DNA of 53,912 nt. Source: Comamonas sp. (GTDB taxonomy: Bacteria; Pseudomonadota; Gammaproteobacteria; Burkholderiales; Burkholderiaceae_C). The notes beneath the pieces were generated by a model, which made no database searches, had not been told where the DNA came from, and saw only the letters and a program-made list of their open reading frames with translations. Position 1 is the first letter of the stretch. Each line of letters begins with the position of its first letter. Shown in pieces: positions 23,254-32,952 of the stretch. The translations under genes and the position numbers were made by a program. Where the stretch lies: assembly GCA_019912745.1 (NCBI GenBank), contig JAIOIA010000159.1:1-53912 (forward strand), in the 5' to 3' direction.

Positions 23254-25306
23254 GTCGGTGGAGCGCCCCTACATCGCACGCCTGAATCGAGTGATGGGGC
23301 TGTACGTCATCGGCCTGCTGGGCTTCGTCGGCGCCATGGCCTGGGCCGAGCAGCGCGGGCTCTCGCGGCACTGGATCGGACCGATCTTCCTGTTCCTGAC
23401 CGTGATGGCCTATGCCGCGGTCGGCGTCTATGGCCGCACTTCCGATCCGGCGGAGTACTACGTCGCCGGACGGCGCATCCCGCCGATCTACAACGGGATG
23501 GCCACCGCCGCCGACTGGATGAGCGCGGCCTCCTTCATCAGTCTGTCCGGGGCGTTGTACCTGCAGGGGTTTTCCGGTGTTCCAGGCGTGCCGGGGGGTC
23601 TGGCCTACATGCTGGGCTGGACGGGAGGGTTCGTGCTGGTGGCGATGCTGATTGCACCGGCCCTGCGGGCGATGCAGCTCTACACCATTCCGGATTTTTT
23701 CCAGGTGCGCTTCGGTGGCAGCTGGCCGCGCATCCTTGCGGCCATCGGCGCGGTCCTGTGTTCGTTCACCTATGTGGTGGCGCAGATCTATGGCGTGGGG
23801 CTGATTGCGTCGCGGCTCACCGGGGTGCAGTTCGAGATCGGCATCATGCTGGGGCTGGGGGGCGTGCTGCTGTGCTCGTTCCTGGGTGGCATGCGCGCGA
23901 TCACCTGGACGCAGGTGGCCCAGTACGTCGTGCTGCTGCTGGCATTCCTGATTCCCGTCTCCTGGCTGTCCTACAAGCAGCTGGGCAACCCGGCCGCACC
24001 CCTGGCCTACGGGCAGCAGCTGGGCAAGATCGCCGAGCGCGAGAGCGCGCTGCTGGCGTCCGACGCCGAGAAGCAGGTGATTGCCGCCTACGAGAACAGG
24101 GTGCACGACTACCAGGAGCGCCTGGCCGATGTGCCCGCCGCGCTCGAGCGTGAGCGGCGCGAGGCGCGTGAGCGCATCCAGCAATTGCGCTCGCGCAATG
24201 CGGAGGTGGACCTGATCGTGGCGGCGAGCCGGGAGCTGCTGGCGATGCCGCGCGACGAGGCGGAGGCCCGTGCCCGCTGGACGCGGGAGCTGGTGGAAAA
24301 CCAGGAGCGCGCCCGGCCGCTCGGTGGTCTGCCCAGGCACACCCAGCCCTTTGCGGGCGACCCGGCGGGAGATGAGACGCAGCAGGCGCAGTACGAAATT
24401 TCGCGGCGCAATTTTCTGGCGCTGTTGTTTTGTCTGATGCTCGGCACCGCCGGCATGCCCCACCTCCTGATGCGTTACTACACCGTGCCCTCGGTGGCGG
24501 GCGCGCGCGCGTCGGTGGCCTGGTCACTCGTGTTCGTGGCGCTCCTGTACCTGAGCATTCCAGCTCTTGCGGCACTGGTGAAGTTCGAGATGATGACGCA
24601 TCTCGTGGGTAGCCGCTTCGATGCGCTGCCCGGCTGGATTGCGCAGTGGGCGAGGGTGGATCCGTCGCTCCTGTCGGTGCAGGACATGAACGGCGACGGC
24701 ATCGTGCAGTTCGGCGAGGTGCACCTGGGTGCTGACCTGCTGGTGCTGGCGACGCCCGAGATCGGGGGGCTTCCCTACGTGATTTCGGGGCTGGTGGCCG
24801 CTGGTGGGCTGGCGGCGGCACTGTCGACGGCCGACGGCTTGCTGCTCACGATCAGCAATGCGCTGGTGCGCGATCTGTACTTCCAGTCCACCCGGCACAG
24901 GGCCTCGCCGGAGCAGCGCGTGATTCTCACCAAGTTCACGCTGCTCACGGTGGCGCTGGCCGCGGCCTTTGTCGCCGCGCTCAAGCCTTCGGAAATCCTG
25001 CCGCTGGTGGCGGCCTCGTTTTCAATCGCGGCCGCGACCTTCGTGCCGACCATGGTGCTGGGCATTTACTGGCGCAGAACCACGCGGGCCGGCGCCGTGG
25101 CTGGCATGCTGGTCGGCCTCAGCGTGACGGTCTACTACCTCGTGATCCACAACACCGCGCTGCGCGCCCTTCTGCCGCAATCGATGCTGGTGCCGGGTCT
25201 GTGGTGGGGCATAGAGCCCATCTCGGCGGGTGTCTTCGGAGCGCCGCTGTCCTTCGTGACGACCTGGGTCGTGAGCCTGCTCACGCGCTCCCGGGTCAGT
25301 CGATAG
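23246..25306 (+). CDS. sodium:solute symporter, ActP/VC_2705-like subfamily
   Basis: NGMATAADWMSAASF, GGMRAITWTQVAQY, GTAGMPHLLMRYYT, AAALSTADGLLL. Confidence 0.92.
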   Translation: MAESVERPYIARLNRVMGLYVIGLLGFVGAMAWAEQRGLSRHWIGPIFLFLTVMAYAAVGVYGRTSDPAEYYVAGRRIPPIYNGMATAADWMSAASFISLSGALYLQGFSGVPGVPGGLAYMLGWTGGFVLVAMLIAPALRAMQLYTIPDFFQVRFGGSWPRILAAIGAVLCSFTYVVAQIYGVGLIASRLTGVQFEIGIMLGLGGVLLCSFLGGMRAITWTQVAQYVVLLLAFLIPVSWLSYKQLGNPAAPLAYGQQLGKIAERESALLASDAEKQVIAAYENRVHDYQERLADVPAALERERREARERIQQLRSRNAEVDLIVAASRELLAMPRDEAEARARWTRELVENQERARPLGGLPRHTQPFAGDPAGDETQQAQYEISRRNFLALLFCLMLGTAGMPHLLMRYYTVPSVAGARASVAWSLVFVALLYLSIPALAALVKFEMMTHLVGSRFDALPGWIAQWARVDPSLLSVQDMNGDGIVQFGEVHLGADLLVLATPEIGGLPYVISGLVAAGGLAAALSTADGLLLTISNALVRDLYFQSTRHRASPEQRVILTKFTLLTVALAAAFVAALKPSEILPLVAASFSIAAATFVPTMVLGIYWRRTTRAGAVAGMLVGLSVTVYYLVIHNTALRALLPQSMLVPGLWWGIEPISAGVFGAPLSFVTTWVVSLLTRSRVSR

Positions 25307-25652
25307 CCAGCAATTCGACGTCGAAGATCAGCGTGGCGTTCGGAGGGATCACGCCACCGGCTCCGCGAGCCCCATAGCCGAGCGCTGAGGGAATGAGCAG
25401 CGTGCGCTGGCCACCCACCTGCATGCCCTGTACGCCCTCGTCCCAGCCTCGGATCACCATGCCGGCGCCCAGCGGAAATTCGAAGGGCTCGCCCCGGTCG
25501 CGGCTGGAATCGAAACGTGCTCCCCTGGCGCCGTCCTCGTGCAGCCAGCCCGTGTAATGCACATGAACGGAGCAGCCTGCCGAGGCGGGTGTTCCGCTGC
25601 CGATGCACACGTCTTCGTATTGCAGTCCGGACGGGGTGGTGATGAATGGCAC
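25296..25652 (-). CDS. FKBP-type peptidyl-prolyl cis-trans isomerase
   Basis: VHYTGWL, FDSSRDRGEPFEF, VIRGWDEGV, LGYG, IPPNATLIFDVELL; GTG start. Confidence 0.95.
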   Translation of the reverse strand: MPFITTPSGLQYEDVCIGSGTPASAGCSVHVHYTGWLHEDGARGARFDSSRDRGEPFEFPLGAGMVIRGWDEGVQGMQVGGQRTLLIPSALGYGARGAGGVIPPNATLIFDVELLAID

Positions 25653-25686
25653 GCGCGTATTCCTTGTACAGGGAGGGGGAGGTGGG

Positions 25687-25992
25687 TTATTTCCTGGCGC
25701 GCGCCGCGACCCAGCGCGTGGCGAACGCCTGCAGGTCCGACAGACGCTTGAGCAGATCCTGGCCTGAGGCGGTCACGATGTAGCCGTCGCTGCCGTGGTC
25801 GAGGAAACCGGCTTCGCGCAGTTCCTTGATGCGGGTGTTGAGGGTGTTCGGGGTGATGTTGCCCACGCTGTCCTGCAGCAGGCGGAAGGTCTGCGGATGC
25901 CCGTCGCGCAGTGCCCAGAGCACGCGCAGCGCGTAGCGTCGCTCCAGTCGTTCCAGGAGCTGATTGACGGCGGCGTTTTCTTTTGAACCCAT
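25687..25992 (-). CDS. HxlR-family winged-helix transcriptional regulator
   Basis: RRYALRVLWAL...TFRLLQ...PNTLNTRIKELREAG; GGAG before ATG 25992. Confidence 0.85.
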   Translation of the reverse strand: MGSKENAAVNQLLERLERRYALRVLWALRDGHPQTFRLLQDSVGNITPNTLNTRIKELREAGFLDHGSDGYIVTASGQDLLKRLSDLQAFATRWVAARARK

Positions 25993-26223
25993 GTACGTGT
26001 CTCCTGGTGCTGAAGGATGCACAGATGCGGCAATGTCCGCCGGAACATCGAAAAGGATAGCGCTATGGTAACGTGGAAACGCGCGTACCGCCAGTTTGGA
26101 TGATAAAGTCCGTTGCCATTTGCGGGCCGCCTTGCGCGCGTGCGCTGATTTTGTTGCTTTTGCGCACCTTTTCCACCGCGCGCCCGCACGGCTCAAGCGC
26201 GTGCCGCTATGAAAGGCGAAGAT

Positions 26224-27168
26224 TCATGCCGTGTCCGCAGGGGCGCCGCAACCCTGCCGCATGCGCACCAGGACGAGCAGGGCGTGATTGACGGGCGTGG
26301 CGATGCCGAGGGCCCGGCCCCGCTGGACCACATAGCCATTTAGATGCTCGATTTCCGTAGGCTTGCCGCGCGCGATGTCCTGCGCGGTGGACGAGAGCTG
26401 CCCGGGCATCGTCTGCACGATGGAGCGCAGCGCCGCCTGGATGTCGCCGGGGATGCTCACGCCATCCGCATGGGCCACGGCGAGGCATTCGGCGACGATG
26501 TCCTGCACCAGCTCATCGGCGCCGGGCTGGCTCATCAGCCAGCCGTAGGGCTGCTGCAACAGGGCGGACAGGGCGTTGTAGGCGCTGTTGATGATGAGCT
26601 TCGCCCAGAGGGCGCCCCGGACGTTGTCCGAGACACGCGTCGGAATGCCGGCTGCCTGCAGTTGCGCGGCCACTTGCTCGCTCATCGGCGAGGGAGCCAG
26701 CACGAGATCACCGCGACCGTAGTGGCGCACATGGCCCGGTGCCGCCATGGCCGTGGCGACATACACCACGGCGGCCGCCACGGTGCAGCGCTGGCCGAGA
26801 ATGGCGCGCGCCTGCTCATCGTTGTCCAAGCCGTTTTGCAGCGTCAGCACCAGCGTGTGCGGGCTGACGAAAGGCTCGATCTGGCGCGCGGCCTCCTGTG
26901 TGTCTCCGGACTTGACGCACAGCAGCACGATGTCGGCTCCGCGCACCGCGTCAGGCTGAGTGCTGGCCGTCAGGGCAATGTGTTCATCGCCCGTGGTCGT
27001 CTGCAGCCGCAGGCCGCTCGTCTGGATGGCCTGCACGTGCGACGTGCGCCCCACCAGCGTGACCGCGTGGCCCGCGCGCGCAAGCAGGGCGCCGAAGTAG
27101 CATCCCACGGCCCCCGCCCCCATGACGGCAAAGGAAAAGGGGGCTGAAGAGCGGGTCGACGGGATCAT
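26224..27168 (-). CDS. panE: 2-dehydropantoate 2-reductase (ApbA/PanE family)
   Basis: GAGAVG, CVKS, LQNG, LWAKLIIN, SSTAQD, EIEHLNG. Confidence 0.9.
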   Translation of the reverse strand: MIPSTRSSAPFSFAVMGAGAVGCYFGALLARAGHAVTLVGRTSHVQAIQTSGLRLQTTTGDEHIALTASTQPDAVRGADIVLLCVKSGDTQEAARQIEPFVSPHTLVLTLQNGLDNDEQARAILGQRCTVAAAVVYVATAMAAPGHVRHYGRGDLVLAPSPMSEQVAAQLQAAGIPTRVSDNVRGALWAKLIINSAYNALSALLQQPYGWLMSQPGADELVQDIVAECLAVAHADGVSIPGDIQAALRSIVQTMPGQLSSTAQDIARGKPTEIEHLNGYVVQRGRALGIATPVNHALLVLVRMRQGCGAPADTA

Positions 27169-27366
27169 GACTTGCTTTCCTCGATGCGGGTGCAGCGATC
27201 GTAGCGTGCACGCCTGGCTGGCACAGAACAGATGAATTCATATGGTGAAATCATGAATTCTCTGTTGAAAATTCAAATGTTGCAGCGCACGAAAATTTCT
27301 CAATACAAGAAATTCTATTTCACTATTTGATAAACTCATCGCATTCAATTGATTTCATTGAATAAA

Positions 27367-27416
27367 ATTTATGTCTTGTATAAGACACAAGACATAAATC
27401 AACTCTTCTATAAGAC
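27367..27416. promoter_or_regulatory. palindromic operator(s) upstream of aceA, resembling the GntR-family TCA-cycle regulator (SdhR-type) site
   Basis: Perfect 13-bp inverted repeat ATTTATGTCTTGT-N7-ACAAGACATAAAT (27367-27399) containing TGTCTTGTATAAGACA; second core TCTTCTATAAGA at 27404-27415. Confidence 0.65.
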
Positions 27417-27477
27417 TTAGAATTCAACCATGGCGCCGACGCAGGCACCACCCCATTTTCAACGTTCGGAGAAGACC

Positions 27478-28809
27478 ATGCCGCAATCGATCACCGCGCA
27501 ACTCAGTCGTGAACAACAAATCGCCGCCCTCGAAAAGGACTGGGCGCAGAACCCGCGCTGGAAGGACGTGAAGCGCGGCTACAAGGCCGCCGACGTGGTG
27601 CGCCTGCGCGGCAGCGTCCAGCCCGAGTACACGCTGGCCCGGCTGGGCGCCGAAAAGCTCTGGGAGAAGCTGCATGGCGGCGCCAAGAAGGGCTATGTCA
27701 ACGCGTTTGGCGCGATCACCGCGGGACAGGCCATGCAGCAGGCCAAGGCCGGTCTCGAAGCCGTCTACCTTTCGGGCTGGCAGGTGGCGGCCGATGGCAA
27801 CACCAGCGAGACCATGTACCCCGACCAGTCGCTGTACGCCTACGACTCGGTGCCCACCATGGTGTGCCGCATCAACAACACCTTCAAGCGCGCCGACGAG
27901 ATCCAGTGGGGCCGCGGCACCAACCCCGGCGACAAGGAATTCATCGACTACTTCCTGCCCATCGTGGCCGATGCCGAAGCCGGATTCGGCGGCGTGCTCA
28001 ACGCCTTCGAGCTGATGAAAAACATGATCACCGCGGGCGTGGCGGGCGTGCACTTCGAAGACCAGCTCGCGGCCGTGAAGAAGTGCGGCCACATGGGCGG
28101 CAAGGTGCTGGTGCCGACGCAGGAAGCGATCGAGAAACTCACGGCGGCACGTTTCGCAGCCGACGTGATGGGCGTGCCCACCATCGTGCTTGCGCGTACC
28201 GATGCCGAAGCCGCCAATCTGATCACGTCCGACCATGACGCCAACGACAAGACCTTCCTCACGGGTGAACGCACGCAAGAGGGTTTCTTCCGCGTGAAGA
28301 ACGGCCTGGAGCAGGCCATCAGCCGAGGCGTCGCCTACGCGCCCTATGCCGACTTGGTGTGGTGCGAAACCGGCGTGCCCGATATCGGCTTCGCGCGCGA
28401 GTTCGCGCAGGCCGTGCTGGCCTCGTCGCCCAACAAGCTGCTGGCCTACAACTGCTCGCCCTCGTTCAACTGGAAGAAGAACCTGAGCGACAAGCAGATC
28501 GCCACCTTCCAGGACGATCTCTCGGCGTTGGGCTACAAGTTCCAGTTCATCACGCTCGCGGGCATCCACAGCAACTGGTTCAACACCTTCAAGCTGGCGC
28601 ATGCCTATGCGCAGGGCGAGGGCATGAAGCACTACGTGGAAATGGTGCAGGAGCCCGAGTTCGCGGCGCGCCAGCAGGGCTACACCTTCGTGAGCCACCA
28701 GCAGGAAGTGGGTGCGGGCTATTTCGACGACGTGACCACCGTGATACAGGGCGGCACCTCTTCGGTCAAGGCGCTCACCGGTTCCACCGAAGAAGCGCAG
28801 TTCCACTGA
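27478..28809 (+). CDS. aceA: isocitrate lyase
   Basis: [22 protein letters not shown], catalytic [20 protein letters not shown]. Confidence 0.97.
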   Translation: MPQSITAQLSREQQIAALEKDWAQNPRWKDVKRGYKAADVVRLRGSVQPEYTLARLGAEKLWEKLHGGAKKGYVNAFGAITAGQAMQQAKAGLEAVYLSGWQVAADGNTSETMYPDQSLYAYDSVPTMVCRINNTFKRADEIQWGRGTNPGDKEFIDYFLPIVADAEAGFGGVLNAFELMKNMITAGVAGVHFEDQLAAVKKCGHMGGKVLVPTQEAIEKLTAARFAADVMGVPTIVLARTDAEAANLITSDHDANDKTFLTGERTQEGFFRVKNGLEQAISRGVAYAPYADLVWCETGVPDIGFAREFAQAVLASSPNKLLAYNCSPSFNWKKNLSDKQIATFQDDLSALGYKFQFITLAGIHSNWFNTFKLAHAYAQGEGMKHYVEMVQEPEFAARQQGYTFVSHQQEVGAGYFDDVTTVIQGGTSSVKALTGSTEEAQFH

Positions 28810-28849
28810 GACCACGGGCAGTTCTGCTGCCCCTCGATGAACGGACGAC

Positions 28850-28874
28850 AGAACCACCCTGCGGGGTGGTTTTG
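28850..28874 (+). terminator. intrinsic terminator of aceA and target of the intron insertion
   Basis: AACCACCC-tgcg-GGGTGGTT stem with a T run. Confidence 0.75.
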
Positions 28875-28878
28875 CGTT

Positions 28879-29321
28879 GTGCGCCCGGCACGGGCGCACT
28901 CTTGCGGGTGCGAGTCCGCCGTAAGTTGATCACAGCGAGCGAAGCGAAGCGCAACTGCATGAGGGCGACCGACTGTGGGGAGGAAGCGTGGAGCGAAGCT
29001 GCGAGCGCGAGCTGGACGAATGGCTGCGTCACCGATTGAGGGCGATCCAGCTCAAGCACTGGAAACGACCGGCAACCATGTACCGTGAGCTCAAGGCGCT
29101 CGGTGCGGGGGAGACTGAGGCACGACGGGTGGCGGCCAACGGCCGCCGCTGGTGGCGCAACAGCGAGCGCCTGCTGAAGACCGTGCTGACCATCGCCTAC
29201 TTCGACCGGCTGGGCGTTCCCAGACTGTCATGACCTCAAACTCTCGGACCGCCCGGTGCGGACCCGCACGCCGGGTGGTGTGGCAGGGGTGCCTCCTATG
29301 ATGGAGGCCCCCTATGCCGAT
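28879..29321 (+). mobile_element. group II intron, class IIC, internally deleted remnant (443 nt)
   Basis: 5' end GTGCGCCCGGCACGGGCGCA; domain V ACCGCCCGGTGCGGACCCGCACGCCGGGTGGT (29248-29279, CGC triad, 2-nt bulge); domain VI hairpin with bulged A ending ...CTATGCCGAT; inserted just after a terminator. Confidence 0.9.
29007..29233 (+). pseudogene. C-terminal maturase (domain X) fragment of the group II intron reverse transcriptase
   Basis: ELDEWLRHRLRAIQLKHWKR...RRWWRNS...AYFDRLGVPRLS; RT core including YADD is absent; ends just before domain V. Confidence 0.85.
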
Positions 29322-29362
29322 TTCGGGCTCAGGTATGGGCGTCGATTGCCGATACTGATCTC

Positions 29363-29644
29363 ATGCAAGTCCAGGCAACGCCCCGCGAGCACTCGCCCGA
29401 AGCCGTCCCGCAGGGATGGAGCAAACACTTCGTCATGCCGGTGTTCCGCCATGGCGTTCGGGTCAAGTATGCGGGGCGCTGGGAAACCGTGGACTATGTG
29501 AAACTGCGCCGGCTCGAGCTGATGGTGTATCTGCTGGACCATGCGGAACCGGTGGCGACGCGCGAGCTGGAGCTGGCCCCCACCTTGTTCACGACAGAGC
29601 GCATGCCGACGCTGCAGAACCTGGGCTATACCCACAGCCTCTGA
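29363..29644 (+). CDS. hypothetical protein (93 aa)
   Basis: ATG start, host-like GC-rich third codon positions, non-repetitive composition; no recognised motif. Confidence 0.65.
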   Translation: MQVQATPREHSPEAVPQGWSKHFVMPVFRHGVRVKYAGRWETVDYVKLRRLELMVYLLDHAEPVATRELELAPTLFTTERMPTLQNLGYTHSL

Positions 29645-29845
29645 GGCTGAAGGGGGCCGTTGAATGCGTCCGTCGGCACCGCCGGCGGTGTGCCTGGCGA
29701 GGCCGGTGATGACAAAGCGCACTCCCGCGCCAGCAAGGGCCGAGCCGCGGGGCGTGTTGCCGGTGGCGCTGTCACCCCAAGGGTGAAGGCGGCAAAATGC
29801 CCGAAGGGTCAGCTTCCGTGATGACGGGTCGAGGGTCGCGAGCGG

Positions 29846-30712
29846 TCAACGGCCATTTTCAGTTTCGGCGCCTTCCTGTGCCATGGTTTCTCCCAAGCGC
29901 ACGGCGCGTCCAGGGGTCCAGTCGGCCTGCCACTGCGTGGGCCCTTCGGGAAGTAGCACGATCACGGTGGAGCCGAGCTGAAATCGTCCCATTTCCTCGC
30001 CCTGGTTCAGGGTAATGTCTTGTTGCGCGTAGTCCCAGTGACGGATGTGGCCGGATCGTGGCGGGTTGACCTGGCCGTGCCAGACCGTGCACATGCTGCC
30101 GACGATGGTGGCGCCCACCAGCACGAGCGCCATGGTGCCGAGTTCGGTTTCAAACAGGCAGACGATGCGTTCATTGCGGGCGAACAGTCCCGGGACATTG
30201 CGTGCCGTCACCGGGTTGACCGAAAAAAGACTGCCCGGAATGTGCGTCATGTGCGAGAGCCGTCCGCGGCACGGCATGTGGATGCGGTGGTAGTCGCGCG
30301 GGCTCAGGTAGAGCGTGACGAACCGCCCCCCCTCGAACTGCGCCGCCAGGGCACGGTCGCCCCCGAGCAGGGCACTGGCGGTGTAGGTATGGCCCTTGGC
30401 CTGGACGATGCTGTCCTGCGTGATGCGGCCCAGCTGGCTGACCGCGCCGTCCACCGGGCAGATCAGGCGCGCGGGTGCGATGAGCCGGGCCTCGGGCCTG
30501 AGCGCACGGGTGAAAAAATCGTTGAAGCTCGCGTAGGCCGTGATGTCGGGTTCAAGAGCTTCGGCCATGTCCACCTGATAGCGCCTGACGAACCAGCGTA
30601 TCGTGGCTGTGGTGAAGCGGCCCGCTCGCGCGTGCGCCCAGCGACCGGCCAGTTGCGTCATGGCCTGCTTGGGGGTCAGGTATTGAAGGGCGGTGGCGAA
30701 GCGGTCTGACAC
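29846..30712 (-). CDS. psd: phosphatidylserine decarboxylase proenzyme
   Basis: [27 protein letters not shown], autocleavage motif FQLGSTV. Confidence 0.95.
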   Translation of the reverse strand: MSDRFATALQYLTPKQAMTQLAGRWAHARAGRFTTATIRWFVRRYQVDMAEALEPDITAYASFNDFFTRALRPEARLIAPARLICPVDGAVSQLGRITQDSIVQAKGHTYTASALLGGDRALAAQFEGGRFVTLYLSPRDYHRIHMPCRGRLSHMTHIPGSLFSVNPVTARNVPGLFARNERIVCLFETELGTMALVLVGATIVGSMCTVWHGQVNPPRSGHIRHWDYAQQDITLNQGEEMGRFQLGSTVIVLLPEGPTQWQADWTPGRAVRLGETMAQEGAETENGR

Positions 30713-30863
30713 GGCGGGTGCAAAAGCGCGCAGTGTAACGGCATGCCCCGAAAGCGCCCCTCAAAGTTGCGACTCACAGTACAATACGCGATTGACTTTC
30801 GCTTGCGCGGCTGGGTTGGCTCGAGCGCGATGGCGACCCCTCCGGAGAAAAGCACAGACCTTT

Positions 30864-31106
30864 ATGGCAAAGGAAGAACTCATTGAAATGCAGGGCAGCG
30901 TGACCGAAGTGCTGCCTGATTCGCGCTTTCGCGTCACGCTGGACAATGGCCACCAGCTCATCGCCTATACGGGCGGCAAGATGCGCAAGCACCACATCCG
31001 CATTCTGGCGGGCGACAAGGTTTCGCTGGAGATGTCGCCCTACGATCTGACCAAGGGGCGCATCACCTTCCGCCACCTGGCGGGGCGCGGACCGGCTCCA
31101 ACCTGA
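30864..31106 (+). CDS. infA: translation initiation factor IF-1
   Basis: [11 protein letters not shown]...[16 protein letters not shown]...[13 protein letters not shown]. Confidence 0.96.
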   Translation: MAKEELIEMQGSVTEVLPDSRFRVTLDNGHQLIAYTGGKMRKHHIRILAGDKVSLEMSPYDLTKGRITFRHLAGRGPAPT

Positions 31107-31142
31107 TCCGGTTGCCGCGCGAAGGCGCGTGGATTGACTCTT

Positions 31143-31219
<77 letters not shown>

Positions 31220-31225
31220 AAATGC

Positions 31226-31258
31226 ATGGGGTTGACTTCGAAGTCAACCCCATTTTTG
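31226..31258 (+). terminator. intrinsic terminator after infA/tRNA-Pro
   Basis: ATGGGGTTGACTT-CG-AAGTCAACCCCAT followed by TTTT. Confidence 0.85.
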
Positions 31259-31291
31259 TTTCTGCCGCGCAGGCGGGCCCAAGAGGTGAAC

Positions 31292-32059
31292 ATGCCGTCG
31301 GATGAATCGAATCCTTCAAGCCGCTACGCCGTGCTGGATGCGCTGCGCGCCCTCGCGCTGGTGTGGATGACGCTCTACCACTTCGGTTTTGACCTGAATC
31401 ACTTTGGTTACTGGCACCAGGATTTTTACCGCGACCCGCTCTGGACGGTCCAGCGCACGCTGATCCTGAGCCTGTTCCTGCTGTGCGCAGGCATGGGGCA
31501 GGCCATCGCCGAGGCGCACGAGGTTTCGTGGCGGCGCCTGGCCAGGCGCTGGGCGCAGATTGCCGCGTGCGCGCTGTTGGTGACAGCGGGCTCGCTGGTG
31601 ATGTTTCCACGCAGCTTCATCTATTTCGGGGTGCTGCACGGCATGGCGTTGATGTGGCTGCTCGCGCGCATCACGCGGGGCCTGGGAAACTGGCTCTGGC
31701 TTGCCGGCGGCTTGGCCTTGCTGTTGCCGTCGGCGGCGTCGTGGCTGCTGGGTGGACCCCTGGCGTTCGCGGCCGATGCGTTCGACAGCCGCTGGCTGAA
31801 CTGGCTGGGCCTGATCACGCGCAAGCCCGTCACGGAAGACTATGTGCCGCTGTTTCCGTGGATGGGGGTCTTCTGGTGGGGCGTGGCCAGCGGGCAAAGG
31901 CTGTTGCGGCATCGCCCGGCGTGGCTTGCCAGGCCACTTGCAAGCGGCGGGTCAAGGGCGCTCGCATCGCTGGGACGCCACAGCCTGCTGTACTACATGT
32001 TGCATCAACCGGTCATGATCGCTGCGCTGATGCTGGCCGGCTGGGTCGCCAGGGCATGA
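31292..32059 (+). CDS. DUF1624 / HGSNAT-like membrane acyltransferase-domain protein
   Basis: LDALRALALVWMTLYHF, IYFGVLH, TEDYVPLFPW, LGRHSLLYYMLHQP. Confidence 0.9.
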   Translation: MPSDESNPSSRYAVLDALRALALVWMTLYHFGFDLNHFGYWHQDFYRDPLWTVQRTLILSLFLLCAGMGQAIAEAHEVSWRRLARRWAQIAACALLVTAGSLVMFPRSFIYFGVLHGMALMWLLARITRGLGNWLWLAGGLALLLPSAASWLLGGPLAFAADAFDSRWLNWLGLITRKPVTEDYVPLFPWMGVFWWGVASGQRLLRHRPAWLARPLASGGSRALASLGRHSLLYYMLHQPVMIAALMLAGWVARA

Positions 32060-32081
32060 AAAACGCGGCCATCGGCCGCGT
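32059..32081 (-). terminator. probable terminator between convergent genes
   Basis: ACGCGGCC-atc-GGCCGCGT stem preceded by an A run (U tail on the minus strand). Confidence 0.6.
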
Positions 32082-32105
32082 CGTTCCTGAAGTGCCCGCG
32101 TGTGC

Positions 32106-32891
32106 TTATTCCACCTTGGCCTTCTCGCGCAGATCCTTCTGGAATTGCGCGAGCTTTTGCTGTTCTAATTGCTGGCGAATCTGGGTTTTCACGTCGTCGA
32201 GCTTGGGCAGCTGGGCATCGCGCACGTCGTCCAGGCGGATGACGTGCCAGCCGAATTGGCTCTTGACCGGCGTTTGCGTGATCTTGCCTTTTTCGAGCTT
32301 GATCATGGCCTCGGTGAATTCTGGGACATAGCTGCTCGGATTGGCCCAGCCCAAGTCACCGCCCTTGGCGCCGGAGCCCGGATCCTTGGATTCCTTCTTG
32401 GCGATTTCCTCGAAGTTGCCACCCTTGTCCAGTTGCGCAACGATGGCCTTGGCCTTGTCTTCGCTGTCCACCAGGATGTGACTGGCCTTGTATTCCTTTC
32501 CGGTATTGGCGACGACGAACTTGTCGTATTCGGCCTTGATTTCGGCGTCGGTGACCGGGTTCTTCTTCTGGTAGTCGGTGAACAGTTCACGGATCAGCAG
32601 GGCTTGGCGGGCCAGTTCCATCTGGTCCTTGAAGTCTTGGTTGTTCTGCAGACCGCGCTTCTGCGCTTCCTGCATGAAGACTTCACGCGCGATGACCTCT
32701 TCCTTGATCTGCTTCTTGAGCTCAGGCGTGACCTCGCGGCCCGACTGCTCCAGCTGGTGTTGAAACAGGTCGGCGCGTGACGTCGGCACGGGCTTGCCGT
32801 TGACGACGGCGATGTTTTGAGCAGCAACCGGCAGGGCGAACGCGCCCGCGACGGCAACGGCCATCAGGCCGGACAAGAGCTTGTTTTGCAT
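32106..32891 (-). CDS. periplasmic parvulin (PpiC)-type peptidyl-prolyl isomerase
   Basis: Signal peptide; ASHILV, SKDPGSGAKGGDLGW, VKSQFGWHVI. Confidence 0.93.
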   Translation of the reverse strand: MQNKLLSGLMAVAVAGAFALPVAAQNIAVVNGKPVPTSRADLFQHQLEQSGREVTPELKKQIKEEVIAREVFMQEAQKRGLQNNQDFKDQMELARQALLIRELFTDYQKKNPVTDAEIKAEYDKFVVANTGKEYKASHILVDSEDKAKAIVAQLDKGGNFEEIAKKESKDPGSGAKGGDLGWANPSSYVPEFTEAMIKLEKGKITQTPVKSQFGWHVIRLDDVRDAQLPKLDDVKTQIRQQLEQQKLAQFQKDLREKAKVE

Positions 32892-32952
32892 GGAGATGAT
32901 GCGAGGAAGGAAAGAGAACGGGCGGCGTGCCCGCGAGCAACATGAGATTGAA

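Noticed and set aside
27850-27880. AceA substitution (PTMVCRINN where VRRINN is usual)
   Set aside because: A single-base change away from the catalytic KKCGH loop. No evidence of functional significance.
29645-29845. c-di-GMP or other known riboswitch
   Set aside because: Contains GGCAAA and hairpins but lacks the rest of the consensus, and lies between two convergent 3' ends rather than in a leader.
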